64,000 nt of DNA from Octopus vulgaris (Eukaryota): assembly GCA_951406725.2 (NCBI GenBank), contig OX597832.1:46686001-46750000 (forward strand), read 5' to 3'. Positions 1 through 14,409 of this stretch are shown one piece after another (position 1 is the stretch's first letter; each line of letters opens with the position of its first letter). The notes under the pieces were generated by a model. The model saw only the letters and a list, made by a program, of their open reading frames with translations, made no database searches and was not told the origin of the DNA. The position numbers and the translations under genes were made by a program.

Positions 1-530
1 TTTGGATTCTTGCAAAGTTAGCAAAGTTTTCAAATGGTTTACTGTTTACTAAGTTTTATGTGTAAGAGATAGTAAGAGTATGTTACCATATAAGGGGAAA
101 ATAATTCCGCAAACCTTTTCCCAGATGTCCGTAATACTGAGTTATCATGTTCTTTCATTACAAAACTAAGAGTTGGAAAATGTGAAAATCCTACAGTTAT
201 CGCTTTAGTCAATATTATTTCTTTTGAAAATCTAGTTACACTAAAGATGTATTTCTAGATGAGATAGCTTCAGAATTCTGTTTGCGAATTATTTCTTCTC
301 TTAAACTGACTCCCTGAACATACATTAGAAGACATAAGACTATTTTAAAACTTTAATCATTCCTGGAAGTTGAAAATTAATTATAACTCCCTGACAAAAA
401 CCATCCCCCAAACAAACATATCCATGGAACTTCGTGAATTGTACCTGGACACGTAATATTTTTGTGGTGTTATAGCCAATCATTGACTCGTAACATGTGA
501 TACTCTATATGTATATATGTGTATATATAT

Positions 531-1385
531 TTAGGGAGAGTTTACGAAAAAAACAAAAGACGAAGACTGGTGGTGTACAAAACAAACATATGTATTAGTA
601 TAACGCTCAGGAATAGAAAAAGTCTTTTACGTTTCGAGCCTACGCTCTTCTACAGAAAGGGACACAGAAAAACAAGGTGAGAGAATTGGTATGTGAAAGC
701 ACGTGGTTGGATGTATAAAAGACAAAAAAGTGAAAAACTACAGAAGGTTTGCGTTATATGGTTAAAGAATATATTTAAATCGTTATGTTAGAAAATTGTT
801 ATAAAATTTTGCATATAGTAACATAGTTTTGGGGAAAATAACCGGTTTCGTATTTTCTTTTCAAATTTCTCCAACTTTTTTACCTATATCGTGTCATGTC
901 TTCGCTATGTTGCGAAATATGGAATTCAAGGCAGGGGAAGGTAATCAGGAAATTTTCCGGTATAATGGAGATAATCAAATATGTTGGGAATGACTAGGCT
1001 TGATTAATTTAACATGATTTGCTTTAGAAGGAATAGAATGTTACAAGTGGTTAGGTTTTGCTTTATATTTTTTTCAATGAGGTGAGTTTCTTTATTTAAA
1101 AATGTTAGAAATGGTTAAGTTTTGGCTTATATTTTTCAATGAAGGTTTCCTTATTTAATCTAACTTGTGTTGGTGTTCCAATGGCACATTGATAGAATGG
1201 AAAGATTATAAATTGTGGTAGCAGTTGCTTTGCGCATTTCTCAATATGTTCACTAAAGGGTATCATTTTGTATTCTGGGAATGCAATCTGCTGTCGATGC
1301 AGCGTGCATCTGCGTCTGAGCGATAATCCCGTGGATCCTATGCATTTTTGGTGGCAGCTTTGGGTCTTACTGACACAATTACCTC
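531..1385 (-). mobile_element. Penelope-like element (PLE) 3' fragment: GIY-YIG endonuclease C-terminus plus pLTR-like tail
   Basis: ORF 1105..1539 carries C..C...(C/Y)IGSTGLSLRRR..HR..I......P.S.H...C....F.IFPFY....R..KE.FI.KYKPKLN, typical of PLE GIY-YIG ends. The ORF N-terminus is microsatellite read-through. A hammerhead-like motif lies downstream at 624-659. Confidence 0.8.
624..659 (-). ncRNA. Minimal PLE-type hammerhead-like motif with non-canonical core
   Basis: Minus strand CTTT-CTGTAGA-A-GAGC(GTAG)GCTC-GAAA-CG-TA-AAAG: stem I CTTT/AAAG, stem II GAGC/GCTC, minimal palindromic stem III. Core is CTGTAGA instead of CTGANGA. Confidence 0.55.
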
Positions 1386-1392
1386 TCACAAC

Positions 1393-1431
<39 letters not shown>

Positions 1432-1794
1432 AAATGAGATAGGGGTTGAAAATTCAACCCACCATGGGATAATATATATCCAATATACTGCTAGATAGGT
1501 ACCCAACAAAATTAATACATAGATGTTAAAAATTGTCAAACAATCAGTTCATCTATTGTATTAAATGGGTAAAGGTAATAATATTACCGTAAATTAATAC
1601 TACAAAATTAGAGAATGGAGAAACATACTTAAATCAGTAAAACATCAACTATCCGATGATACTCAATCCATACTTTAATACACCATTACATATGAGTAAA
1701 GGCAATATATAAAATGAAATGAGGTATACAGTAATAGTAAAAAGATAAAGAGATATAAGTAAAAAATTTCAAATATAATATGCAAATAAATCAA

Positions 1795-1908
1795 AACTGA
1801 CAGCTGTTTCGGCAGTGAGGACAGTCATACTTCATTTAACCTATAAGCCATAAAGGCAGGTATAAATGAGGCATTAACAAGGATGCCCCACGGCCTCTTC
1901 AGAGAATT
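1795..1908 (-). ncRNA. Type I hammerhead-like motif with extended stem II
   Basis: Minus strand CTGAAGA-GGC..long imperfect hairpin..GCC-GAAA-CAGCTG-TC. Canonical core, palindromic stem III, GTC site. Stem I is short or degenerate. Confidence 0.6.
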
Positions 1909-2244
1909 AAATTAAATTTGTTATAATAGTGAAAAATATTATATAATCATATACATATAAATATAAAAATATAAAAATGTAAAATATAAAAACTTATACA
2001 TCATAATGCTACACTTATATAATATAATACACATTTGTACAAAAAAGGAAGGTAAACAGAACAAAATAAAACAAAATATATAACAGTGTATATATTAATA
2101 TTAATAAGTACCGATATTATACATATTTGGCTAATAGTTTTTTTTATAAAAAAAGGCTAACACATATGGAGATGAAAAAATAATAATTAAATCCGTGGTA
2201 CAGTCCATAAAATTCTAAAGCTATAAAAGTTAATAAAAATTACT

Positions 2245-2247
<3 letters not shown>

Positions 2248-2336
<89 letters not shown>

Positions 2337-2345
2337 TAATAAAAA
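2248..2345. repeat. (AAT)n microsatellite
   Basis: Direct inspection. Confidence 0.98.
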
Positions 2346-2371
2346 TAGATACAGTTAAGTTAGCACCAAGT

Positions 2372-2756
2372 CCATCCTTTCAAGATCGAAATAACTTCGT
2401 ATACTGGTAGAATGTGTTTATAAAACATCATTTTCTCTTGGCTTTATTGAGAAAATTCTATAGTTTGTAAGATATTTGTTGGTTTTTTCTTCAATTTCTG
2501 CAATTTCAACCAATCATTTACATCTATTGAGGTGAAAACATTCTGTGCCGTATGAATATGTCCCTCGTTTAAGAAACAGATTGGGTTTATTTACATTTGT
2601 GAAGAAAAAATACCCTTCCCCCCACCCCTAACCCTAACTAAACCTAACCCTAAAGCAGATTGAAATGCAATAGATCGATACTAGGGTCATAATTATGGGT
2701 GACAATTTCATATGACACCGCTAGAAAAAACTGCCGTTCAAACCGAAAAGATGCCT
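2372..2756. mobile_element. Probable non-autonomous DNA element with internal (CCCTAA)n-like repeats
   Basis: CCCTAA/ACCTAA units at 2626-2653. The CAATTTCAACCAATCA motif recurs inverted near 15479-15494. Termini are not clearly resolved. Confidence 0.4.
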
Positions 2757-4168
2757 AAAATGTACCAGAACATCAATATCAGTATAAGCAATATAAGCTG
2801 TTGTTTTGAAAATATTAAACATGAAAAGGAAACGAATAAGTTGACAAATTTGGCTCAGAATAAAGAACAACACTAATGGAATCGCAGAGCTTTATCAGTT
2901 TTGTAGCAGCTGACTCAAAGTGAATTCGGTTAATAAATGTCAGTTTTTCGTTTCGTGTCGGTGTGTTGGAGAAAATATGGACCAGTAGTACTATAATATT
3001 TCACATCACACAAATTAGTGCTCGGTATTTCTTTGTCAGATCTAACAATCAACAGATGATAATCCTAACTGATTCCAAGGTGACCGAGCTATTGTTGTTG
3101 GGCGGAATACGTGAAATAGTTCTGAGCATCACTTAAGTGTTTCGGTGCTAGCAGTTCACTATGTACGCTGAACTTTGATTTCCGTAAAATAGAAATTTGA
3201 TTCTAACAATGAAATCGCTAATACTTATTAATCACTTTCTGCTGAATCCGGTACGCTTGCTCTTAAATTGTAGTTTCCTATACAAGGCGAAATCAGATCA
3301 AGTAACTTCGAGCATAAAAAGCTCTTCAGAAAATAATGAATGTCACATATTCCTAATTCTGTGCTCTTCAAATTTGAAGTATTGTGTGTAAAGAAAGAAA
3401 TCGATTTCGATTCCTATGGTAGAAGCAAAATACAGAAGAATGAATTAGCAGATCAAGCAATTGATACTTCAACATGCATTGTCATATCATTCAGATACTT
3501 TTTACATAGAACGAAACTACCCAGCATTTAATATGACAAGTGAAAAAAAAAGTTTCTATGGAATTAAATGGAACTCCATACAACATATTTATTAAAGGTT
3601 TCAGTAAGTCAGAGCATATTTAATGCATATAACATATTAATATGCTTAAAACATATTTAGTTCTGCAGCAAAAAAAAATAAAATATAGAAAGAAAGGAAT
3701 ATCTATTGAAAATATTTTTCGCTATCTATTGGAGGTTTACAATAGCGGACTGCTAAGTCACTAAGTTGAACACAGACATTAACATACGCGAACATATTCA
3801 TAAAGTGAAGTACTTCAATATCATGAAGTAGCGCAGCTTTGAATTAAAGCTGTTGCACTCACTAATGTAAAGATAGGAGTTCGATTCTCGGAGCGGACAT
3901 CATGTTGTGTCTTAAGTAGAATATGTGTGTTAATCTTGAAATAGATTGACATCACTTCTTGGAGAAATCCTAAGCTCTCAATCATTTATATTCTCCAAAA
4001 TAACGCCAGGAAAATATCTGGCTTAATGACCACATATGCTTGAGAGTTGTAGACTAACCGCCATATTCGAATAACTCTCTGTGTCGTTGTTTATGTTATG
4101 ATCATGCTTATATATATATATATATATATGATCATGCTTATATATATATATATATATATGATCATGCT

Positions 4169-4200
<32 letters not shown>

Positions 4201-4322
4201 ATAAGAGGCTTCCAAATACGAAAGTGTTGTGTTAGAAAGAGCAGTAGAAATCTCAAAAACCACAAAAAAGGATAAATTCTCGAAAGGAATGAAAATTAAA
4301 AACGTTTACCATCTCAATTATT

Positions 4323-4392
4323 TCCCAGACCATGGTTTCTAACTATTTCCAGCAAAAAAATATTCGCTGAAGGACAGTTTTCATCAGTGGGA
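4323..4392 (-). ncRNA. Type I hammerhead-like motif in a ~300-bp insert (about 4195-4495)
   Basis: Minus strand TCCCA-CTGATGA-AAACTGT..TTCAGC..GCTGGA..ATAGTTA-GAAA-CCATGG-TC-TGGGA. Perfect 5-bp stem I, canonical core, palindromic stem III. The first pair of stem II is an A-A mismatch. Confidence 0.7.
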
Positions 4393-4493
4393 TAGCCTTT
4401 AGATTTCAGACATACAGACAGCCAGATCCACATGTAGAACTAACGGTTTGTGAATCCTAACTTTTCAAACCATTGCAATCTGTCACCGGTATC

Positions 4494-4543
<50 letters not shown>

Positions 4544-4636
4544 GTATATATATATATATGATCATGCTTTTATATATATATATATATATATATAATCATG
4601 CTTATGTATATATATATATATATATATATGATACGC

Positions 4637-4893
4637 GCAGCAGCAGCAGCAGCAGAAGAAGAAGAAGAAGAAGAAGAAGAAGAAGAAGAAGAAGAAAGAG
4701 GAGGAGGAGGAGGAGAAGGGGGAGGAGGGGGAGAAGAAGAAGCAGAAGAAGGAGGAGAAGAAGAAGAAGAAGAAGAAGAAAGAGGAGGAGGAGGAGAAGG
4801 GGGAGGAGGGGGAGAAGAAGAAGCAGAAGAAGGAGGAGAAGAAGAAGAAGAAGAAGAAGAAGAAGAAGAAGAAGAAGAAGAAGAAGAAGAAGA
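4637..4893. repeat. Compound (GCA)/(GAA)/(GGA) repeat with an internal ~80-bp duplication
   Basis: Direct inspection; explains the poly-E/R/L/F ORFs. Confidence 0.95.
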
Positions 4894-5461
4894 TGGGACT
4901 TGTTATAGCCAACGATTGAATGATTACACATTTTATAGATCTTAGAATGATGGAAGGCAAAACAGATCTGGCTGAATTTTCACTCACATTTGCCTCATTT
5001 TGTGTTTGATAAGATTGCCGGAACTGTTGGCTGGAGACAGAGATCTGAACCTGTGCGATAACATACATAGTATAGTATTAGCAATGCTTCAGTTACACTT
5101 AAGTTCAAGAGATACTTCATATGAATAACTCAATGGCTCCTCTACTAAGACAAGTACTAAGACATTCGGCGCGTATTATTAGCTTAAAATCTAGGTTTAA
5201 AATTGAAACAGTAATGTTTTAGTATGTCTATGTATAACAAGTTTAGTAAGTTCCCATAATTTATACATCGATTCGAAAAGATAACGTTAGTCTATTCTCT
5301 GCATAGCAAAGTTTGCTATATGGAAAAGAAGATTCTACAATGTATGCGATAGTGCGGAAATGCAAACATAAGTAATATTACGTATGATTCCAACAGACAA
5401 TTACACGCATATGAACACAAAATGACACACATATATACATGTGCATGTGTGTGTATTTTTG

Positions 5462-5511
<50 letters not shown>

Positions 5512-6127
5512 CATACATATATATACATATATATATATTTATATATATATATATATGTATGTATGTATGTATGTATATATGTATGTATGTATGTATTGTG
5601 TATGTATATATGTTTATATGTATATATGTATGTAAATGTATATGAATGTATGAGTATATATGTGTGTATGGGTGTGTACATGTTGATGTGAGAGATTGTA
5701 TGTGTGCTGAGGTCTATAAAGCACTCAATGTTAAACGAATTTGGTTGAATACATCCAATAATCAGATACATATAAATGCAAGAAGAATGCACGTCCAGGT
5801 TAATTCCAGGTGTATGACTAGTAAATCCAAATATCGTTCAGAAGAATTCCAAGAACTTCGGAATTTAAGACAATAAAAGAACACATACACACACAATTTG
5901 TGAGGACAATACATGGACGTAGAAATATTGACTTTTAAAGAATAATTAAGTTGACTGTCGCAAAAAATGCTGCTAGAATTAAAGTGACTCATTATGAAGT
6001 ATTATCAGGATAATCGAAAAACAATTTAAAAGGAAATAAATAGTCTGATATACATACAACAGACGCACAAAAGTACACACAACACACAGACATCTCTCTC
6101 TCTCCTTCTCTCTCACACACATACACA

Positions 6128-6160
<33 letters not shown>

Positions 6161-6267
6161 TACACACACACACACTTACACACACACATATACACACACG
6201 CACACACTTACACACACATTGTGAGTATACCTTTGTGAAATCTCCGAAAATTATTCTGAAGAACACT

Positions 6268-6480
6268 TGCGGCGGTGTGCCAGCAGATTCGTTAGCACGC
6301 CGGATAGGATGCTTAGCGGCATTTCGTCTGTATTTGTGTTCTGATTTCAAATTCCTCCGAGGTCAAGTTTGCTTTCACCGTCTCGGGGTCGATGAAATAG
6401 GTACCGGTTGAATACTGGGGTGGATGAAATCGATTATTCTCTTTCATCACCAAATTTCAGGCCTTCTGCGTATAATAGGA
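6268..6480 (+). mobile_element. Family A tRNA-derived SINE, old diverged copy
   Basis: GGCGGTGTGCCAGCAGA head, B-box-like GATTTCAAATTCC, diverged GAGGTC..TTTGCTTTCA..GGGGTCGAT body. Confidence 0.8.
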
Positions 6481-6792
6481 GAATTATTACAAAGAACATT
6501 TAAGCCAACGAGGTGGCAGAATCGTTACTACGACGACAGGAATGCTTTGCCATATTTCGTCTGTATTTACGCCACTCTGCGATCGAATTCTGCTGATGTA
6601 CCACTACAGAATCTGCACTCAACCATTTTGAATGTAACTCATGTATATTTTTCATTAAGTCATTTATTATATTTTTCGAGTTATTCTTCTTGTTGCTATC
6701 GTTGTCGTCGTTGCTGTTGCTATCTTTGCTATTATTGTCGCTGCTATTCAATTTCGTGTGGGCGCCTGCATATTGTTGATAATTCTCACGCC

Positions 6793-7184
6793 TTCACGCC
6801 AGGCGAAATGCTTAGCCGTAATTCATCTGCCGCTACTTTCTGAGTTCAAATTCCGCCGAGGTCAACTTTGCCTTTCATCTTTTCGGAGTCGATTAAATAA
6901 GTACCAGTTACGTACTGGGGTCGATATAATCGACTTAATCCGTTTGTCTGTCCTTGTGTGTCCTCTCTGTGTTTAGCCTCTTGTGGGTAGTAAACAAATA
7001 AGTAATTCATCTGCCGCTAGGTTCTGAGTTCAAATTCCGCCGAGGTCGACTTTGCCTTTCATCCTTTCGGGGTCGATTAAATAAGTACCAGTTACGCTCT
7101 GGGGTCGATATAATCGACTCAATCCGTTTGTCTGTCCTTGCTTGTCCTTTCTATGATTAGCCCCTTGTAGGTAATAAAGAAATA
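6793..7184 (+). mobile_element. Family A SINE, 5'-truncated internal dimer with 15-bp TSD
   Basis: Two tandem body+tail units; GATAATTCTCACGCC at 6778-6792 and 7185-7199. Confidence 0.92.
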
Positions 7185-7220
7185 GATAATTCTCACGCCC
7201 TCATTATTTCCAGTACAAAG

Positions 7221-7420
7221 ACGGTGAGCTGGCGGAGTCGTTAGCACATTAGACAAAATATTTAGCAGCGTTTCTCCCAAGCTCTTCATGTTCTGGCTCC
7301 AAATTATCCTTCCATCCTTTCGATAAAATAAAGTGCTTGGGAAGAACTGAGAGTCAATAAAATCGACTATCTCTTCTAACTAAACCCGACTGCTTCTGAG
7401 AGAAAGCTTGGAATAATTGA
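7221..7420 (+). mobile_element. Family A SINE, highly diverged
   Basis: CGGTGAGCTGGCGGAGTCGTTAGCAC head and CCTTCCATCCTTTCGATAAAATAA core remnant. Confidence 0.65.
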
Positions 7421-7850
7421 TTCAAATATGGCGTACCGTTAAGCAAATTATTCTCTTTAAAACTGAAAGATACGATTTGTGAAATGTTCGGCTGCTATTT
7501 CTAGTCGAACGATTCTACTTCCATCTATACTCACCTTATTGTTCATATTGTGTATTTTATAAGGTCAGATTGATCTCAGATCTGCAACATTTATTTAAAT
7601 TCAATCAGTGGTTATCGTTTTGCAATTTTTCTTCTATTTTATTCGTAATAGCAATTTTTCCTTGGTTGGCTGGCTGGCTGGCTGGTTGGTCGGTCGGCTT
7701 ACTGTAGTTTTTTTTCCTTTTTTTTTTTTACTCATATGAAGAATTATTTTTCATGTAATTTTTGTTATTATGGAATAATCAATATTTACTATAAAAATAA
7801 AACAAGCATTTCCAATCCCGTAATCAGCGTCGTTGCCTAATTTAATTTCT

Positions 7851-8219
<369 letters not shown>

Positions 8220-8603
8220 CACGATTTTTTAGTCCTTATTATGATAAGTTTTCGAAATTGGCCGCTACAAAACATGCTTAAAAAAGTATCATATGTGATA
8301 AGAAAAGGGACCAGAAAAAACGCAAATGTAGACAGAAAATACCTACATACATAAATGTACCTATCTATATACATATACAGGTATAAACACATACATGTTT
8401 ATATCATTATATTTTGCATTATATGCGTGTTTGTGTGTGTGTGTGTGTGTGTGTCCATGTATGTATGTATATTTTTTATGAGGAATATCCTTTGCTTGAT
8501 GTTATATACTGGTCCTGTACTCGACCAGGTGATCCATCGGTTTTTCTCTGCTGTGTGTCGATGGAGCGTGGTATGGCAAAGCAAAGCGGAGAAGAAGAAG
8601 AAG

Positions 8604-8634
<31 letters not shown>

Positions 8635-8910
8635 TATGCTTCTTATTTAGTGTCAAGACCAGCAGCTTTCGGAGTAGTGGGTTAATGATGACAAGCCCTC
8701 ACCCTTGTATTTTACTGATCTTCCTCATTGGCCACAAGCACTATATATATTTTTCTCCTCACCATTTCAAATCTAGCTTACACCAAAAGTATGTACCTTG
8801 GAATTTCTGATTAGCAGAAAAGTTACATTCTGCGTTTATTATTCGGTCAACGCTGACATATTTCTTCTCCAATCCAATAAATTAACTCATTCTCTCTCTC
8901 TCTCTCTCTC

Positions 8911-8949
<39 letters not shown>

Positions 8950-10181
8950 AGCTCTCTCTCCCCTTCTTTCATTGTCTATCTATTTATCTACATATCCCCT
9001 TCATTTTCTGTCTCTTTGTCTTTCGCTCAAGATAAGCAACGAAGCGCTGTAATGAAAGACAGAGATTGTTTTGTCGGAACCCATTCTAGCAAGAAGTTTA
9101 TTTTACAATGCAAGCGTTTTTCCTTGTCAAGTATCTGTTAGTGGATGACATATTATAATGAAGATAACGGTATTAACAAATGCAACATACATGACAGGGC
9201 CAACTCTGTGTCCATTGCGATAAAACATTATTGTATTTCTCCCCCAAACATGCGTGTGCATAACAGAATCCTATTATCGGTTTCGTGTACATGATCAAGT
9301 CCTCTAACTAACATGTCACTTGCAATATAAATTTTCTTTATTATCTTAATGCAGCTTACCTAAAATAATATTTATCTATCAATCTATGTGTCTATATATT
9401 TATTTATCCACCAATCAATTTATCTATACAGATCTATATACGTGTATGCATCTATCTGTCTATCTATCTGTCTATTTATGTTTTTATCTTGCTCCCTGAA
9501 TTTACAGACATACTCAAACACACATGCACACAGACATACACTCGCACGCAAAAACACAAACATACACACACATAATAATGCGTATTCATACACGCAGAGG
9601 GACGGCTTGTTAGATAGATATATTTTTCTCCAAGAATGTTTATATGTATATGTTTGCGTGTGTGTGTTAGTATTATGTATTATGTATGTATGTATGTGTG
9701 TATGTATGTGGGTGCATATATACAAATTATAACTGCTTACCTAAATAATATCTAGCTATCAATCTCTTTCTAAGAATATCTATCTACCCACACATAAATT
9801 TATCTGTATATCTATATCTATATATCTATATCTATGAATCTATCTATCTATTTATCTGTATGTATGTATGTATGTATGTATGTATATATATATACATTTA
9901 TATATATATACATATATATATAAATATATGTACACATATATATATATATACATGCATATATACATATAGATATAAATATACACATATATATACATGTATA
10001 CATATGCATATATATTGTATATGTACGTTATATTTATATATATATATATACGTGTGTATATATATGTATATATGCATATACATATATATTGTATATAAAT
10101 GCACACGCTCAGGAATGGCTTGGTTAGATAGATATGCGTGTATGAATATTTCTGTGTATGTGTGTATGTGTCTATCGGTGT

Positions 10182-10224
<43 letters not shown>

Positions 10225-10537
10225 TATGTGTGTATGTATGTGTATGTGTGTGTGTGAACGTGTGTGTGTGCGTATCTACGTAAATATATGACTGATTAGA
10301 ATGACGGACCTGTTTTGATACATGATTTCGATCAACGCTAATAGAAGCCATTTAACTTTTCCTCCTTGTACAAAACAAAACATATTTTGCTTGGATAATG
10401 GAACGACCATGCCGTCGCAACGTTCCACATATGAATATGCATGCGCATGCTTATATACAATTATATATATTTTCATTCGGGCACACATTAATGCACATAC
10501 ACAAAGCTATAGACACCTACTCAACCATAAATTTGTA

Positions 10538-10972
<435 letters not shown>

Positions 10973-11466
10973 TATTCTTAAAGAAAAATGTTATTGAGGG
11001 GGACTTTGAAGTTTCGGCCAACTAATCCATCATCGGACTGCAATGCGTCGAAGCTAATCCTGACATTATATAATCTCTGTTGTGTGCAAAAAATTCTTTG
11101 GTCATGCGAATTTTTAGTGGTGTTGTAAAAAGCTTGGCGGGTGAGTTGTGATGGATTGGTGTGTTGGAGAATTTTTTATAGATTAATGTTGGTGTTATGT
11201 TGGTGTTGTGTTATGGTGTTATGTTAGTGATTAGAGTTTATTCGTGAATTTATAACTTTGTAAGCAGGCATATGTATTTAGGCGTTTCGGCTTCAAATCA
11301 TGGTATTGTTTCTTAGTGGTTCACACAAATGCTATAGGTAGGTATGGAATGTGGCAGTAGTCTTGTGCGATTTTTGGATTTTTCGGATTTAGTCTTTCGA
11401 TTTGTCAATGTAAAAGTCAAAGTTCCAAAATGTAGTCCAGTAATCGTTTCTAGGCCCGAAAAATGA

Positions 11467-11700
11467 TTTGTTGTTTGTTTGTTCCTTCTCGGGCCATCCC
11501 TGGCTCATTAGGGCCGGTTTCCCGGTTTCCTTGGTGTATAAGTTCCCCACCTGGATGGGACACTGGTCCGTCGCAGGTGAGGTGCAAGATGCAGGAGGAA
11601 AGAGTGAGAGAAAGTTGTGGCGAAAGAGTCAGCAGAAGTTCGTCATTACCTTCTGCCGGAGCCGCGTGGAGTTTAGGTGTTTCGCTCATAAACACACACA
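11467..11700 (-). mobile_element. Chimeric SINE: family C body with family D-type 3' tail, head missing
   Basis: Body matches 55210-55310 and 30650-30750. Tail CCTGCGACGGACCAGTGTCCCATCCAGGTGGGGAAC..GGAAACCGGGAAACCGGCCC resembles 40360-40430. Confidence 0.8.
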
Positions 11701-11702
11701 TC

Positions 11703-11820
11703 AAAGACAGACAAGGGGATTAAGTCGACCTCGGCGGAATTTGAACTCAGAACGTAACGGCAGACGAAATACCGGTAGGCATTTCGCCCGGCGCGCTAAC
11801 GTCTCTGCCAGCTCGACGCC
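11703..11820 (-). mobile_element. Family A SINE with internal deletion
   Basis: Reverse complement of the family A head joined directly to the tail at GTCGAC. Confidence 0.85.
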
Positions 11821-12229
11821 TTCTATATATACGTATATATATATATATGTATCTGTATTCATGCATGTATGTATTATGTAGGTAGGTAGGTAGGTAGGTA
11901 GGTAGGTAGGTAGGTATTAATACTTCTAGATATAGCATTTACAGCACATCTGTTCCGTTCGTTTCGGAAATATTTTTTTTTATAATTTACAGAATATAAC
12001 ATCCATTTAGGTTGTTTCATTTGTATTCAGGAAGGGAATCCTCATAGAATATTTTCAATAAAATTTCCTGTCAAATGGTTCTCGCGCAACTTGAAAAATA
12101 TTTCAGATATACAAGACAGAAATCATTTATACCCTTCTTAAAATCGTGACTGAAATTAAAGATAGATATAGATAAAAACCTGCGTTGGCGACGACGCCAA
12201 AAGACAGCATCTGTAACAACAACAACAAC

Positions 12230-12284
<55 letters not shown>

Positions 12285-12293
12285 GTAATAGTA

Positions 12294-12352
<59 letters not shown>

Positions 12353-12581
12353 CCTTTCTACTAGAGGCGCGAGACCTGGAATTTCAGGGGAGGGGTCCAG
12401 TCGATTATATCGACCCCAGTAATAATAATAATGAGGGTGGAGCACTTGCAGCTAATAGCACTGCTAGGAAACGTTCGAATACTCCGGATGGTGCACGAAA
12501 AATAAGGGATGTTACCTTAGTTCACCGGTTGTGAACGGCTGAGACAGTGGTACATCTTCAGCGTTAGAAGACGTGCAAGGA

Positions 12582-13040
<459 letters not shown>

Positions 13041-13718
13041 TAAATGTAAACAGAATCTTGTTTCACTTCTCGTTGTCAGGCAATGTTCATATTCCTTTAC
13101 TTTCGAGGTTTGATACTGATATTATATGTTTCTTTAAAATATTTTTTAAAAATATGAACCGTCTTATTTTATGTTGTCTATTTCATGTGAGAACTTGAAG
13201 ATGACTTTGAGTGCATTTGCATCATATTTCTGATAATTATGTTAGGTTTACAAATTTTTACATGTTTCAGTGTTACCAGGAAATTTTCGTGTCAATCAGA
13301 AAATGTCCGTGCAGCCCAACTTGTCATTTATAATGAATATATCTAGAGAATATATGTATGAATATGATGTATTTGTTATGCACGAATGTTGATATACAAC
13401 CATGATGAAATATTACACGCCAATATTCATTGATCCTAAATAAAATAACAAGATATATATTTACTTGCTTTACGGGGAAACAGGATGAAAATACTCTGAC
13501 GATGGGCTTGAGTTTTGACATAAATTTCTTCGCTTAATCAGGTGGATTAACAAAAACGAAAGATTGTTACGTCGCGCGTTCAGATGCCTTCTACTCAACT
13601 CGACTCGAACATTGTTATTCTTGTTTTCTATCTTTCTTGTATCATCTCGAAGGTTTATTATTTGTTGGCATTCTTCAGTCACTTTCTTCATCTACCAGTA
13701 ATTGGAGGTATGCCTCTA

Positions 13719-13948
13719 GGCGGTGGGCTGGCAGAAACGTTAGCACGCCGGGCGAAATGCGTAGCCGTATTTCGTCTATTGCTACGTTCTGAGTTCAAAT
13801 TCCGCCGAGGTTGACTTTGCCTTTCATCCTTTCGGGGTCGATTAAATAAGTACCAGTTACGCACTGGGGTCGATATAATCGACTTAATCCGTTTGTCTGT
13901 CCTTGTTTGTCCTCTTTGTGTTTAGCCGCTTGTGGGTAGTAAAGAAAT
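13719..13948 (+). mobile_element. Family A SINE, full-length monomer
   Basis: Head GGCGGTGGGCTGGCAGAAACGTTAGC, B box GAGTTCAAATTCC, body, tail ending AAAGAAAT. Flanking direct repeat AGGTATGCC at 13706 and 13949. Confidence 0.93.
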
Positions 13949-14409
13949 AGGTATGCCCCTGACAAATCCAGCTTGGAAAAAATTTTCATTTCCCACCATT
14001 GCACTTAACAAATATTTCTTCTGAGTTTGGAAGCAGATAATTATAATTGTTTTAAATAATCATTAAGACCAGTTGAGAAGTCCGCACATACTCTTACCTC
14101 GTAGCCACTGTTATATCGTAGTGGTGACGAGGATTTCGTACCTCACACAGCCACTGTGTAGTATAGCGATATAACAAAGACTCAATGTTTTAGCTCTAAA
14201 TCTACCGTTGTGGGTGTGAAAGTGAGTATGTGTTTGAGACTGTGATAATATGGTTGATGGTAGATTCTACAATTTCGACTTGGTGAATTTCTGTCTGTGA
14301 TATTAACGTTTAAGTAACTACATATGACACAGATATATAAACCGCTAAAATTATGCCTTGTCGCTTTATGAAAAGACTGAACCTTTCAATTATAGAGTGC
14401 AACGTAGAG

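Noticed and set aside
3303-3332. CTGAA-GAGC..GCTC-GAAG motif, minus strand
   Set aside because: Both core boxes are incomplete
4450-5068. Protamine-like poly-Arg and poly-Glu ORFs
   Set aside because: Read-through of (GAA)/(GGA) repeats
11001-11040. Hammerhead-like CCGATGA..GAAAC motif, minus strand
   Set aside because: Stems I and III do not pair convincingly; at most a decayed PLE relic
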